From NCBI GenBank assembly GCA_964016885.1, contig OZ024741.1:331948001-332012000 (forward strand): a stretch of DNA of 64,000 nucleotides, written 5' to 3'. Numbering within the stretch: the first letter of the stretch is position 1; every line of letters begins with the position of its first letter. The stretch comes from Eledone cirrhosa. Its lineage: Eukaryota. The notes beneath the pieces were generated by a model. That model searched no databases, had not been told where the DNA came from, and saw nothing but the letters and a program-made list of their open reading frames with translations. Positions 1 through 14,658 of this stretch are shown piece by piece. The position numbers and the translations under genes were made by a program.

Positions 1-390
1 ATCCATGAGGTTAGATGTGTCGTGAACAGAATCTACATTTGCTGACTGAGGATCCTGTGAACTGTTAAACTGCACATGTCGGTGGTGAAACAAACGAGAT
101 TCGTATCAGCAAACTTATAGTTATAAGGTTAGTAATTTAAAACTCTAATTCAGAGATTTGATTCTGACTTAGTTTTTTTCTATTTAATTGCTAAACCTGT
201 AGGTGTTGTTCTCGATACAGTAACGGTAAAACTCACTTGTAATAATTCTTGACACACATCTCACTGTGTAACACACTTCTCTTTGTGTAATATATTTGCA
301 TTTGAGCTCAGAAGAAAATTCTGTATTCTTCTTTGAGCTAATATTATTATTATTACTGTGAACTGTGGAATACTCTTAATTCCGATCCTT

Positions 391-395
<5 letters not shown>
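1..395 (+). mobile_element. Probable 3' end (pLTR) of a Penelope-like element, running into (TA)n
   Basis: Contains the HHR, followed by an AT-rich tail abutting a (TA)n tract. Same layout as the GIY-YIG-bearing element at 32822-34818. Confidence 0.45.
38..113 (+). ncRNA. Type I hammerhead ribozyme (stem II degenerate)
   Basis: Stem I TTTGCTGA (38-45) / TCAGCAAA (106-113) is a perfect 8 bp. Core CTGAGGA (46-52), GAAA (87-90), stem III ACAAAC-GA-GATTCGT with mismatches, cleavage triplet GTA (103-105). Stem II pairing is weak. Confidence 0.7.
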
Positions 396-454
<59 letters not shown>

Positions 455-538
455 CAAAGGGGTATTTAATTTGTTGGTAATTCAACAAATATATTTATAA
501 CAGATTCGAAGCACTCGACAGGTTTTCTGGAGTATAAT

Positions 539-608
539 ATCGATGATATTAATAAATGGAAACTATATTTATATTTATATATAGTTTCCATTTATTAATA
601 TCATTGAT
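539..608. repeat. Inverted repeat, ~28-bp arms
   Basis: ATCGATGATATTAATAAATGGAAACTATA ... TATAGTTTCCATTTATTAATATCATTGAT. Confidence 0.8.
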
Positions 609-627
609 TTATATATATATATATATA

Positions 628-786
628 TAGGAAAATGTATGACCCTGACGGGTGAGCTCAAGCTGTTTCGATGGCTATTTCTCTGCCGTCGGAGTCATAC
701 ATTTTCCTATTACCCGCTGCACTACCCTAAGTATTGAGTACTCTGGTGCGTCATGGTCCATCTGGTTCCTTACCAGAACTCCTTCG

Positions 787-788
<2 letters not shown>
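628..788 (+). mobile_element. Fold-back mini-element family A (half-hammerhead, in (TA)n)
   Basis: Inverted arms ATAGGAAAATGTATGAC.../...GTCATACATTTTCCTAT, then tail ...CTAAGTATTGAGTACTCTGGTGCGTCATGGTCCATCTGGTTCCTTACC. Homologous to 10456, 12253, 14081, 14386 and 35361. Confidence 0.8.
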
Positions 789-839
<51 letters not shown>

Positions 840-1276
840 TATATATGTATATATAACATATATACACTTCTGTATGCTGGTGGATTCTGATTAATTGTCC
901 TCTCTCTGTCTTTGTATTTCTGTGTTTTGTTGATTGACTATATGTATGTTTGCATCTAAGTAGAAATTAAACTTTAGTCTGCACATGCATATGTGCATAT
1001 ATCTTGTGCACAAGCATATGAACATATATTGTGTGCACAAGCATATGTGCATATATTTTGTGAACTGTCATAGATGATCTTGCTGCTGCTGCTGTTGTTG
1101 TTGTTGTTGTTGTTGTTGTTCTATACATTCTTCATGTCTTTCAATTGACATGTTTATGCATATATTATGTGCATGCAAATGTTTCTGTTGAGGGACTGAA
1201 TTGTCACCATATACGCATATATACATATATATATGTGTATATATATATATATATGCACATACATATATATATATAT

Positions 1277-1385
<109 letters not shown>

Positions 1386-1438
1386 CATATATACATATAT
1401 ATATATACATATATAGACACACACATATATACATATAT

Positions 1439-1995
1439 ATGGTGGCTGCCAACTCTTTTTCGAGTACGGCCACTACTTTATATCCATGTAGGAGAACTCC
1501 TACCGATGCGCTGAACGAGTGTGACTTTTTAGTCCAGCCAGCGACTTGAAAATTCTGGTACCAACACTACACCTGTGACAATTATTGGCACATAGTGCTG
1601 GGCCCATGGTACCATGTGACGACAAGTGCAGAGAGATCTCCAGATATAATGCAATGCCTGTGCCGTGAAGCTTTTATAGTGAGCAAAGGCACTGCACAAA
1701 GCCAGTCCCACTCTCTTAACCAAGATGATATTTACCAAAAAGAAGAACAAGTCAACATCATTGGATACCATCAGGGTTGCAGGTGTTATATCAGAGTTTT
1801 GATTCTCCTAGAATTCTGCCTTGACAAAGGCTAAGGGGTCATCTCTCCTGATGATTTTGGATGGCCATTGACTCTTAAGAGCTCCTTTGCCCTTTGACAG
1901 GTTTTGTTTTTAGTCCTGCAGGATGTCCAAAGTCACCCTCCTCACCAAGAACCCTTGGTGGGGTTGCCAGTTTAGTCGCCAACGACCCGACCATG
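1439..1995 (-). mobile_element. Bipartite non-autonomous RTE derivative (RTE-type 5'UTR joined to the ORF C-terminus and 3'UTR)
   Basis: The minus strand has the RTE-type 5'UTR motif TCTAGGAGAATCAAAACTCTGA and then encodes [26 protein letters not shown] (C2H2-like RTE C-terminus, stop 1500-1502). It ends GCAGCCACCAT+(AT)n. A close copy lies at 46037-46378. Confidence 0.7.
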
Positions 1996-2031
1996 ATATG
2001 TTTATTATGTGCATGTGTGCATGTGTTTGTA

Positions 2032-2062
<31 letters not shown>

Positions 2063-2144
2063 GAATGTGTAACCTAGTGAGTTTCATGATAATATGCATG
2101 TATGTATGTATGAATGTATGTTATGTCAGGTTGCTCTCAATTGC

Positions 2145-2650
2145 TACTGGTAACATGTAACCTAGTACAGCCTGTCTCATAGTTGGGTTGTCGACAACTA
2201 AACTGGCAACTCCACCAAGCTAGCTTGGTGAGGAGGGTGATATTTGGACACCCTGTGGGATACAAGACCCGGCAAAGGGCAGAGGAACTCAGCAGAGTCA
2301 ACGGCCATCTAAATAGTACTTTTTTTTTTGTGTACCCTGGAGTGAAAGGCTCCCAGTGATTGTCACTACACCTTTCTAGGAGAGGGGAACTCTGAAAAAA
2401 GATCTGGGGCTTTGGATGCATCCGATGATGTTGACCAGTTCTCCTTTTCAGGTAATGTTTTCGATGCTCAGAGAGTGGGATTATTCGAGTGCAGGGCCTT
2501 TCTCCACTTAGAAAAACCTTCAAAGCACAGGCATTGCTTGTTCAGGATATGTTACAGGTTTGTGTGGCTGGTCGTTGCCTAAAAGTGCACCAAACTCTAT
2601 AAACTGACAAGCGATTGCAGTATTCTTAGCAGAGTTTGCAGCCATCATGT
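2145..2650 (+). mobile_element. Related bipartite RTE derivative, head-to-head with 1439-1995
   Basis: Shares ACTAAACTGGCAAC..CACCAAG..CTTGGTGAGGAGGGTG, CTAGGAGAGGGGAACTCTGA, GATGATGTTGAC, GAGAGTGGGA, GCACAGGCATTGC and the terminal GCAGCCATCAT followed by a microsatellite. Confidence 0.65.
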
Positions 2651-3566
2651 ATGTATGTATGTATGTTAAGTTGCATGGCATAGTGATTATGGTGTTCGTC
2701 TCATCAACATAAGTCAATAAATTCGATTCCTGTTAATATGTTTTGTCTTTGATCAAGACACTTCAAAGGACCAGCTTTCTCACGCATCAACATGCTGAAT
2801 CTTCCTGAGAATTTCATTAAAGGTGACCATGCTCAGCCATTTGCATGGTAAGTGCACTAACATGCTGTCTGTTCTGTAGATTGAATCTGATGGAAGCTGA
2901 ACACACACACTTATAACATATATATGAAGCAACAACTAAAACTTCGAAATCACTAACACTTTTATCTTCAGATAATAAATTTTACATCTTGCTTACATGT
3001 ATTCAGTTCTAATGAGCAAGCCTCAAATTTCATATAGTTTAGGACCTTAGCAGGTGAAAGCCTGGCCCTGGAACAGACAGAGATCCCCTCCCTCACGTAT
3101 ATATATGTACATAGGTTGTTAGAAACTGAGCATGACAATTACAGGACCTTTCAAAAGAACAGACAAACCCAGCATAAAGTCAAGTACTATATAACAGAGA
3201 TGGTGCTACCATTAAAGCCAACTGGGCAGGGGCCTAGTGTAGAGATCTGGGGGGGGGGGGGGGGGTTATGTTATATGGAAAATATTTAATTTCTAAAATA
3301 ATAACTTAACATATAGTAATAGCTTTACTAGCTTTATTATATAGAAACTGAATAATATGAGAGCTGCAGCTTGATAACCATTTGGTGGCTGTTGCAGTCC
3401 ATGTTTAGTTTGCGGGGTTTGGGAAGGTGGCTTGCGATATGGTTTAGCAGGAGTCATGAGTACAAGTTAGCATTTGGTTTAAGGTGTTTTCTCAGTGTTT
3501 TGTGGACAGATTGGAGCAATAACAATCTTATTTATGTATATATCTCTTATATAAAATCATTATTTC

Positions 3567-3740
3567 TGATTTAGGCACAAGGCCAACAATTTTGGGCCAG
3601 GGAAATCCGATTAAATTGACCCCAGTGCGTTACTGTTCCTATATTTTATCGAACTCATAAGAATGAAAGGCAACGCTAACCTTGGAGGGATTTGAACTCA
3701 GAATGTAAAGGGCCATAACTCTATGCCACAATGCATGATG
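3567..3740 (-). mobile_element. tRNA/Meta-domain SINE, diverged
   Basis: Contains AGGCACAAGGCCAAC and GAATGAAAGGCAA...GGATTTGAACTCAGA, matching 33223-33407. Confidence 0.7.
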
Positions 3741-4019
3741 TTGGTTAGTTTTAATTTCAATAGGAACTCTTCAAAATGGATGGTTTTGTTTCATGGAACC
3801 AGAAACGGTTTCATGTGGGTTGGTTTCCAAAAGATAACAGGTTCATGGTTTTATACAAATTTGCATAATTGAATTAAATTAAATATATATGCAAACTATG
3901 CAAACTATCGGTACATAAAAGATGTAGTGGGATCACAGGTAAGCTATCTAAGAACGTAGATTTTATATGCGGCTGATACTCAGGGGCAATAAGTAGCAAG
4001 TGCCTACAGGATACTAGCT

Positions 4020-5032
4020 CCTTTTATTGCCCAGATGGTTCTATAGAAACAGTCGACACTTTCCATTACCTGGGTGACAAAATCAACAGTGGTGGAGGGT
4101 GCTCTGAAAGTACAGTAGCCAGAGTCAGAACAGGATGGAAAAAGTTCAGAGAGCTTATACCGCTGTTGGCCACAAAAGGTTTCTCTCTAAAAATGAAAGA
4201 CAGATTGTATGATGCCTGTATATGAACAGCAATGTTACATGGCAGTGAGACCTGTGCATTGTGTGCAGAGGACCTGCGCAGAGTGGAAAAGAACGAAGCA
4301 TGCATGCTCCGTTGGATGTGTAATAGTAATATACGCGAACGGCAAAACATAAATGAACTAAGTGAGAAATTAGGAATAAGAGGGATCAGATGCTATTTAC
4401 TTGAAAGAAGACTTTGTTGGTATGGTCACGTGATGCGCATGAAAGATGACAGCTGTATAAAAAAGTGCAGGGCGATCAAAATTGATGGAAGTTACAGAGT
4501 AGGTAGACCCAGAAAAACCTGGGACGATTTGATAAATTCCAACCTTTTGCACCTCTCTAAGACAATATTACTGGACCGAGATCTTTGGTGCCACGCAGTA
4601 ATACAGAAGACCCGCTTTGCCTATGTACAAAGCGAAACCTACAGTCAGTAGGCACCTCTTAACCAAATATACACCTCAACCCCTACTCCATTGTCCCACT
4701 CCCACCAACACCACTCTTTCTCTGTAAAGTTATGTTGGTACCACAACATCCAGTCCAAACTAATGAGGTCGTGTAGGTGTCACAACAAAAAAACACACAG
4801 TCCACGCTGTAATGTGGCCATATAGGTAACACGGTAAAAGGTTCCCAGTCTACACTGTAAATGTGATTGGTGTTAGGAAGGGCATCCAGTCGTAGAAATC
4901 CTGCCAGACAGTCCAATATGAGCTAGACATGGTCACCCAACCAATCTTGCCTCAAGTAGGACAATTCCCGTCTAGATCCATGTTAGTGTGGTGGATAGAC
5001 GTTAAACGATAATGATGATGATGATGATGATA
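4020..5032 (+). mobile_element. RTE-clade LINE, 5'-truncated, decayed
   Basis: Encodes [35 protein letters not shown]. 3'UTR has TTGGTGTTAGGAAGGGCATCCAG and a (GAT)n tail. Confidence 0.9.
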
Positions 5033-5309
5033 TAACTTCCTGCAATCCATAAATATATTACTAAACTTCTTTACTGTGTAGCAGCATTGTGGAAACATTC
5101 AAAGTGGTGGAGAGGGTCGTATGGTGTTATGTTCTATTACATAATTTGGCATGAGTGCTTGTGAACAGTTTAGTAGAAAATGCAGACTTAGTCATTTTGT
5201 TAGTGTAGTCAGATCAAGAAGTGTCAAAAATTAGGTTTGTCACCTTGTCAAACTGTAAGTTAAATTATTTTATTTGGGAGAGTGGGGCACATAACTAGAA
5301 GAAAAGGGA

Positions 5310-5470
5310 TGCATATTGTAGAGCTTGCTTCGTGTGTTAGATACCCAGGTATACATTGCAGAGCTAGCCTAGGGTGCTAAATACCCAGGTGTACATTGTA
5401 GAGCTAACCTAAGGTGCTAAATACCCAGGTGTATATTGTAGAGTTAGCCTAAGGTGCTAAATCCCAAGTA
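5310..5470. repeat. ~40-bp tandem repeat, ~3.5 copies
   Basis: Units ATACCCAGGTGTACATTGTAGAGCTAGCCTAAGGTGCTAA. Confidence 0.8.
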
Positions 5471-5733
5471 CCAATCCTGTTTAGTACAAATTATCAAGTA
5501 CATAGATATACTCGAGATAGTGAACAAGCATGCTGTAAAACCAGTTTAGGAGTGATGAATGGAGCGCCTAGTTCTTGTCCCAACGTCTCTGTCCAGCACA
5601 CCTACCTATTTACACAGCTCTTACTTGACTAGCAAGTAAGTTCAGAAAGCCAAAATTCAAAGATATACATTGACAGAAAAACAAGCAGAGGTGTTGGTCA
5701 GTGTTAACCCATTTAATACCAAATCACCTCAAA

Positions 5734-6010
5734 CAGTGGTTCCCAATCTTTTGTGCACCATGCCCCTCTTCAACATCTCAAAAATTGTCGTGCCCCACTT
5801 TGAAATGAAAACAGCGATGATCAACAACAAAGTGTAAACAAATTGGCATATAGGTGGTGCCAGATGGTGAGATAAAAGTTTCTGACAGTAATGTATACTA
5901 AAGTTGCCTTGGTGTAAAAGTAATAGGGTCAAACCTGAAGTTTGCTCTCATTAACATCATTTTCAAATTGCCCCCCTCTCCCGTGGGACATGTCACGTAG
6001 GGAATCATTG
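5734..6010. mobile_element. hAT (Charlie-like) MITE nested in a TTAACCC...GGGTTAA element
   Basis: Termini CAGTGGTTCCCAA ... TAGGGAATCATTG form imperfect TIRs. The degenerate 8-bp flanks are ACCTCAAA / ATCTAAAA. Confidence 0.6.
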
Positions 6011-6719
6011 ATCTAAAACCTTTGTGGCTTTACAATACCTGACTGTTTATATCTATATAATTTGAAAACCAGTGGCAGTGTTTTTTGTTTTTTTATCAGA
6101 AATAAGGCAATGAAGGGGTTAAAGTATTTATATTTATATTTATTTGGAAACCTTCCATCAGGATTTTATGTAACAACCTTTGTTAAGTTATATTCCAAAC
6201 AGAAGCTTAATAATGAGAAAGTTAGCTATATTACTAAATCCTTCAAAATGTCCAATCATTTTCACTATGAAATTCATAGGAGGTGAATTTCATTAGAAAT
6301 GAGACAATGAAAGTGTTAAAATGGATACGTTTCTCTAAAAAGCTTCCATCTGAATTCTATGTAAAAACCTTTCTTAAGTTATGTTTGAAACACAGGATTA
6401 TTAATGAGAAAGTTAGCTATATTATTACTAAATTCCTTGGCATTGTAAATTATTTTCAAAATGATTTGGAAATTCATAGGCAGTGTCTTTAATTAAAAAT
6501 ATGGTAACGAAAGAGTTAAGAAATATAGTCATCAAAAGATCCACAAATGAAGACAACGATAGATTCGAATGTACAGTCATGAAAGGATCCAGAATTGAAA
6601 AAGAAAATGGTAATTGCAGAATTCAAAGCAGAACCATAAAATGAACAAACATGTACATATGTACATGTGAAGGTACATGTGAAGATATATATACGCATGT
6701 GTATGTACATGCATGAATA

Positions 6720-9267
<2,548 letters not shown>

Positions 9268-9270
<3 letters not shown>

Positions 9271-9471
9271 CATTGAAAAGAGATAGAAGGCTGAAAAATG
9301 TAAAAGGGATTGTAAGATTAGGTAACGAAAAGTAAAAGTTACCTGGTAATCTTTGTTTTGTTTTGTTGTTGTTGTTCTTTTTACCTCATCTTACAGTCCA
9401 TTTTACATTGTTCAGCCTTCTATCTCTTTCAACGTTATATATTATATACAATGCTTCAAGCAAACTATAAC

Positions 9472-9475
<4 letters not shown>
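9268..9475 (+). mobile_element. Fold-back mini-element in (TA)n, ~58-bp diverged arms plus tail
   Basis: AACATTGAAAAGAGATAGAAGGCTGAAAAATGTAAAA... is the reverse complement of ...TTTTACATTGTTCAGCCTTCTATCTCTTTCAACGTT. Confidence 0.7.
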
Positions 9476-9538
<63 letters not shown>

Positions 9539-9559
9539 ATATATATATATATATCTATA

Positions 9560-9611
<52 letters not shown>

Positions 9612-9671
9612 CACATATATACATACATATATATATATATATATATATGTATGTATATATGTATGTATATA

Positions 9672-10253
9672 GAGGAATCAAATGCTGCGTGCAAGAGGAA
9701 TCAAATGCTGCGTGCAGGAGAGGCGGTTACGCTGGTATGGACATGTGATGCGTATGAAGGATGACAGCTGCATAAAAAGGTGCAGAGCACTAGAAGTTGA
9801 TGGAAACCGCGGAGTGGGGAGACCCAAGATGACTTGGGATGAGGTGATAAAAGCCGACCTTACCCAACTACACCTCTCAAAGTCAATGACACACGACCGT
9901 GACTTCTGGCGTCACGCAGTAATACAGGGTACCCGACCTCCCATGGGTACATGCTGAAGCATATAAACAATATGCCCCCCCCCCCCCCCACCGCAAGGTG
10001 GTCGTGGAGGTGCCACGGCAAAAAAGCACCCAGCCCACACTGTAAAGTGGACGTGTAGGCGCCACGAAAAAGCACCCAGCACTCACTGTAAATGAGGTTG
10101 GTGTTAGGAAGGGCATCCAGCTGTAGAAATCAAGCCAGATCAGTTCCTGTATGAGCAAGGCATGGTCAGCCGACCAGACACTGCCCACAACAGGACAACC
10201 CGTCTAACCCATGCTAGCGTGGAAGAACGGACGTAAAACGGTGATGATGATGA
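9672..10253 (+). mobile_element. RTE LINE 3' fragment
   Basis: Encodes [13 protein letters not shown]...GRPKMTWDEVIKADL, then 3'UTR and (GAT)n. There is a ~22-bp tandem duplication at the 5' junction. Confidence 0.9.
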
Positions 10254-10455
10254 TATATATATATATGTATATATATACACATATATACATACATATATAT
10301 ATATATGTATGTATATATATATATGTATATATACATGTATATATATACACATATATACATACACATATATATATATATATATATGCATATATATATATAT
10401 ATGTATATGTATATATATACATATAGTTTATCATCATCATACCTCTCTCTCCTAG

Positions 10456-10576
10456 TTGTCAAAACAGCCGGAGCTCAGCCGTCGGGGTCCTGACTCTTTT
10501 CATATTACCCACTCTACTACCCCAAGTATTGAGTACTCTTGTGCGTTATGGTCCACCTGGTATCTTACCAAACCTC

Positions 10577-10581
<5 letters not shown>
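10456..10581 (+). mobile_element. Family A mini-element without an inverted arm
   Basis: GAGCTCAGCCGTCGGGGTC...CCCAAGTATTGAGTACTC. Confidence 0.75.
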
Positions 10582-10633
<52 letters not shown>

Positions 10634-10812
10634 CTTGTTCATAACAAAAGAAAAGAGAAGTTGAAGTAATTTTCCTCGCCAGTATTCTATTGATTATCAA
10701 TTCATAAGTTAACTACAGAGATGTTTGTTCTACAGGAGGCTAGCATTTCATATATATATATATTTCTTTGTTTGACTTGTCATATACACAGATATGCATA
10801 CACAAATGTGTG

Positions 10813-10849
<37 letters not shown>

Positions 10850-10851
<2 letters not shown>

Positions 10852-11042
10852 TAAAATAACAGATTAAAGTTTAAGCAAAGAATCGCTGCTTTCACCCTTA
10901 ACGGGATCTTATCGAGCCCTCTTTGGATTTTAGTCTTCAAATTTATTATTATTCTTTGCCTTTCATCCTTACGGGGTCGATAAAATAAAGTACCAGTAAT
11001 GTACTGGGTAATTGATGGCATTGTGCCAAAAGTAGAAATAAT

Positions 11043-11047
<5 letters not shown>
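10850..11047. mobile_element. (TA)n-inserted family B element carrying a Meta-SINE fragment
   Basis: TTAAAATAACAGATTAAAGTTTAAGCAAAGAATCGCTGCTTTCACCC...CTTATCGAGCCCTCTTTGGATTTTAGTCTTC. Also found at 12444-12540 and 23836-24175. Confidence 0.7.
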
Positions 11048-11108
<61 letters not shown>

Positions 11109-11222
11109 CTTTGTTTGACTTGTCATATACACAGATATGCATACACAAATGTATGCGTGTACATATATATATGCAAAAAAGGAATCTATACACACTTCAA
11201 GAAAAGAAAAACTTGTTTATAC

Positions 11223-11270
<48 letters not shown>

Positions 11271-11324
11271 GTCTGTCTCTCTTACTCTCTCCCTCTCTCC
11301 CTCTCTTTCTATTTATGTATGTAG

Positions 11325-11525
11325 TTACCGATGATGTAGATCTTTTCTTCTTTTCAGTTTATAGCTACTGTCACTCAGAGAGTGGGATTGGCTCAGTGCA
11401 CAGTCTTTCCTCACTTTAAAAAAATATCTTCATGCACAGGCATTGCACGATAGAATTAATTAATAATTATTAATAATGGTATATCGTGCAATGGCCATAC
11501 TCGATAACGAGGGGGCAGCCATCAT
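11325..11525 (+). mobile_element. Bipartite RTE derivative, subfamily D, 3' part
   Basis: GATGATGTAGATCTTTTCTTC...GCACAGGCATTGCACGAT...GGCAGCCATCAT. Longer copy at 55921-56254. Confidence 0.65.
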
Positions 11526-11538
11526 ATATGTATATATA

Positions 11539-11581
<43 letters not shown>

Positions 11582-11786
11582 TGTGTGTGTGTGTATATAT
11601 GTGGATTCTTGATGTATAGATAACAGTTTCTATGTAAAAGAAAATCATCATATATATATGTGTTGAATAATGAAAAAAATGAAAAGTATATATCAACTTT
11701 TCTCACCTTTGAGTGCTTTGTGACTACCTGAAACATTTCGATTGGTATCTGCTATATTGTGGCTACAACTTTGATTTATACCCATT

Positions 11787-11970
11787 TGGCAGTATCGTTA
11801 GAGGGTCGGACGCCATGGTTTGCAGCATGGAGTTACGGGCCTTTACGATCTGAGTTCAAATTCCGTCGAGGTTAACTTTGCTTTTCATCCTTATAGGGTT
11901 GATAAAATAAAGTACCAGTAATGCACTGGAATGATTGCTGGCCTTGTGCCAAAAGTAGAAACAATTATTA
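11787..11970 (+). mobile_element. tRNA/Meta-domain SINE
   Basis: A-box TGGCAGTATCG, B-box GAGTTCAAATT, Meta-like TTTCATCCTTATAGGGTTGATAAAATAAAGTACCAG, (ATT)n tail. Confidence 0.85.
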
Positions 11971-12002
11971 TGTATGTATATATATATATATATATATGTA
12001 TT

Positions 12003-12216
12003 TTACATAATAAACAACACAATATACAGCTCGTTCATCAGATGAAATAGTTAACTATTTCATCTGATGATGGACGTTTCTGTAAGGATCATCTAGTTTC
12101 CTGAAACCTTTGGTAGTGGAATAATTATATTGTGTTGTTTATTATGTAATTAAATAGCTCTGTACTATACATAGAGAACTCTTCTTTCCTTTACCTTTTC
12201 TACGGAAATACTTAAC
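12003..12216 (+). mobile_element. Family E fold-back element containing a hammerhead with a broken stem II (12054-12125)
   Basis: AACTATTTCAT-CTGATGA-...CATCTAGTTTCCT-GAAA-CCTTTG-GTA-GTGGAATAATT. Stem I pairs with G-U wobbles. Homologous to 28270-28477. Confidence 0.65.
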
Positions 12217-12252
12217 ATATATATTTATATATTTGTATATATATATATATAT

Positions 12253-12418
12253 ATAGGAAAAAGTATGACACCAACGGCTGAGTCCAGAAATAACCGTCGA
12301 AACGGCTTGAGTTCTGCCGTTGGGGTCATACTTTTTCCTATTACCCACTCTACTACCCTAAGTATTGAGTACTCTGGTACGTTATGGTCCATCTGGTTCC
12401 TTACCACAATTCCTTCGT

Positions 12419-12419
<1 letters not shown>
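12253..12419 (+). mobile_element. Family A fold-back element
   Basis: Arms ATAGGAAAAAGTATGAC / GTCATACTTTTTCCTAT. Internal CCGTC-GAAA-CGGCTTGAGTTCTGCCGTT-GGGGTC. Confidence 0.8.
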
Positions 12420-12450
<31 letters not shown>

Positions 12451-12535
12451 TAACAGATAAAAGTTTAAGCAAAGAATCGCTGCTTTCACCCTTATCGAGC
12501 CCTCTTTGGATTTTAGTCTTCACATTTATTATTAT

Positions 12536-12615
<80 letters not shown>

Positions 12616-12659
12616 TTATATATATACACATATATATATATATATATATACATATATAA

Positions 12660-12698
<39 letters not shown>

Positions 12699-12703
12699 TA
12701 TAC

Positions 12704-12813
<110 letters not shown>

Positions 12814-13437
12814 TATATATACATATATATATAATATTTGGTCAGAATTTAAATTGTTGCTGCCTTATAGCAGGTACTGATCGAGTTGTTTATTATATAT
12901 ATATATGTTTGGTGGATTACCAATTCGTATTGAGAAAAGGAGGACAGTTAGAAATCGTACTCAATACATTAGTAGAGTATAGGCATCCTTATTTCCTTTT
13001 TAGAAAAATGACTTCTGCAGGACTAAATATATATATTTGTGTGTGTGATATGTGTATCATTATCATCAACTTTTTAAAGTTCACTTTTCCTTTCTGGTAT
13101 AAGTTAGATGTGAATTGTCAAGGCAGTTTTTAATACAGATCTGTGTCGTGTATGTTTGTTTGTGTGTGTATGTGTGTGTGTGTGTGTTTCTTTATGTGTG
13201 TATGTGTGTGTTTATTTAAATGTGTATGTGTTTGTTTCTGTGTGTGTTTATGTATGTGTTGGTTTGTGTGTCTGTGTTTTAATTTGTGTGTGAGTGTGTG
13301 TGTGTGTGTGTGTTTATGCTTACGTATACAATGATTTAAAAGAAATGGTGCTGTTTGTTTAGGTCCGTAACTAAGTGTTTTGGCAAATACTAAATAGATT
13401 TATTAATTCAGACTACAACCATATATCATTACGCTTA

Positions 13438-13481
<44 letters not shown>

Positions 13482-13636
13482 CCATAGTCATGTTGCTATG
13501 CTTTCATTAATTATTTATTAATACTTTGTAATTAAAGTTTGTTAGTTTTTCTCTTTATTTTTATTTAATTATTTATCTTTCTCTCATCAAATTGATTAGT
13601 TTAAAAAAGTAAGCTGTACACACACACACATATATA

Positions 13637-13806
13637 CAAGGATCAACATGAAATGACCAAATGAGGTTTATTTTTCAATATAGTCTCTGGAAAGAAACAA
13701 TGCAGTTATTAATAAGAAGCATTGAAATTAATGCAGGCAAGATTTCACAGCCCTAGCATCACTCCTTTATAGTCAGCCTAGGAACCATTCAACCGACCCT
13801 CATATG
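13637..13806. mobile_element. Tc1/mariner MITE, partial
   Basis: Matches 55662-55866. Right TIR GTCAGCCTAGGAACCATTCAACCGACCCTCATA. Confidence 0.65.
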
Positions 13807-13842
13807 TATGTATAAATATAAATATATATATGTGTGTGTGTA

Positions 13843-13917
<75 letters not shown>

Positions 13918-13921
13918 ACAT

Positions 13922-14032
<111 letters not shown>

Positions 14033-14045
14033 TATATACATACAT

Positions 14046-14080
<35 letters not shown>

Positions 14081-14083
<3 letters not shown>

Positions 14084-14160
14084 CAAAGAAATTGTGGTAA
14101 GGAACCAGATGGACCATAACGCACCAGAGTACTCAATACTTAGAGTAGCAGAGTGGGAAA
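14081..14160 (-). mobile_element. Family A tail fragment
   Basis: Reverse complement of the family A tail (GTAAGGAACCAGATGGACCATAACGCACCAGAGTACTCAATAC). Confidence 0.75.
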
Positions 14161-14164
14161 TATA

Positions 14165-14306
14165 TACACAATACGTTGATAGAATATAGGCATATTTATT
14201 ATCTATAGAAATGGCTTCTACATGACTAGAACTGTGTCAATCATATGAAATCATCAGCAATATCCTGATGATTTCCTATGAATGAAACAGTTCTAATCTT
14301 GTAGAA

Positions 14307-14307
<1 letters not shown>
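14165..14307 (-). mobile_element. Family F fold-back element (half-hammerhead)
   Basis: Palindrome TTCTACATGACTAGAACTG...TCATCAG / CTGATGA...GAAACAGTTCTAATCTTGTAGAA. Homologous to 24753-25087. Confidence 0.7.
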
Positions 14308-14385
<78 letters not shown>

Positions 14386-14390
<5 letters not shown>

Positions 14391-14553
14391 AACCAGTAAG
14401 ACCCCGACAGCTGAGCTCAAGCCGTTTCGACGTCGAAACGGCTTGAGCTCAGCTGTCGGGGTCTTACTGGTTCCCATTACCCACTCTACTACCCCAAGTA
14501 TTGAGTACTTTGGTGCGTTATGGTCCACCTGGTTCCTTACCACATTTCCTTTG

Positions 14554-14557
<4 letters not shown>
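14386..14557 (+). mobile_element. Family A fold-back element, near-perfect palindrome centred on TTTCGACGTCGAAA
   Basis: GGAACCAGTAAGACCCCGACAGCTGAGCTCAAGCCGTTTCGAC|GTCGAAACGGCTTGAGCTCAGCTGTCGGGGTCTTACTGGTTCC, then tail. Confidence 0.85.
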
Positions 14558-14595
<38 letters not shown>

Positions 14596-14658
14596 AAAAT
14601 TGAAAATGCAATTGGAGCCTTTAAGAAGGTTTATTTACAATAATATATATAGACATAT

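Noticed and set aside
1-133. Possible exon ending at the donor-like AAG|GTTAGT
   Set aside because: No sustained ORF on the + strand. The segment is better explained as an HHR-bearing PLE end.
14265-14300. CTGATGA...GAAA as a complete hammerhead
   Set aside because: The sequence 5' of CTGATGA cannot form stem I with the strand after the NUH. It is interpreted as part of the long central hairpin (half ribozyme only).
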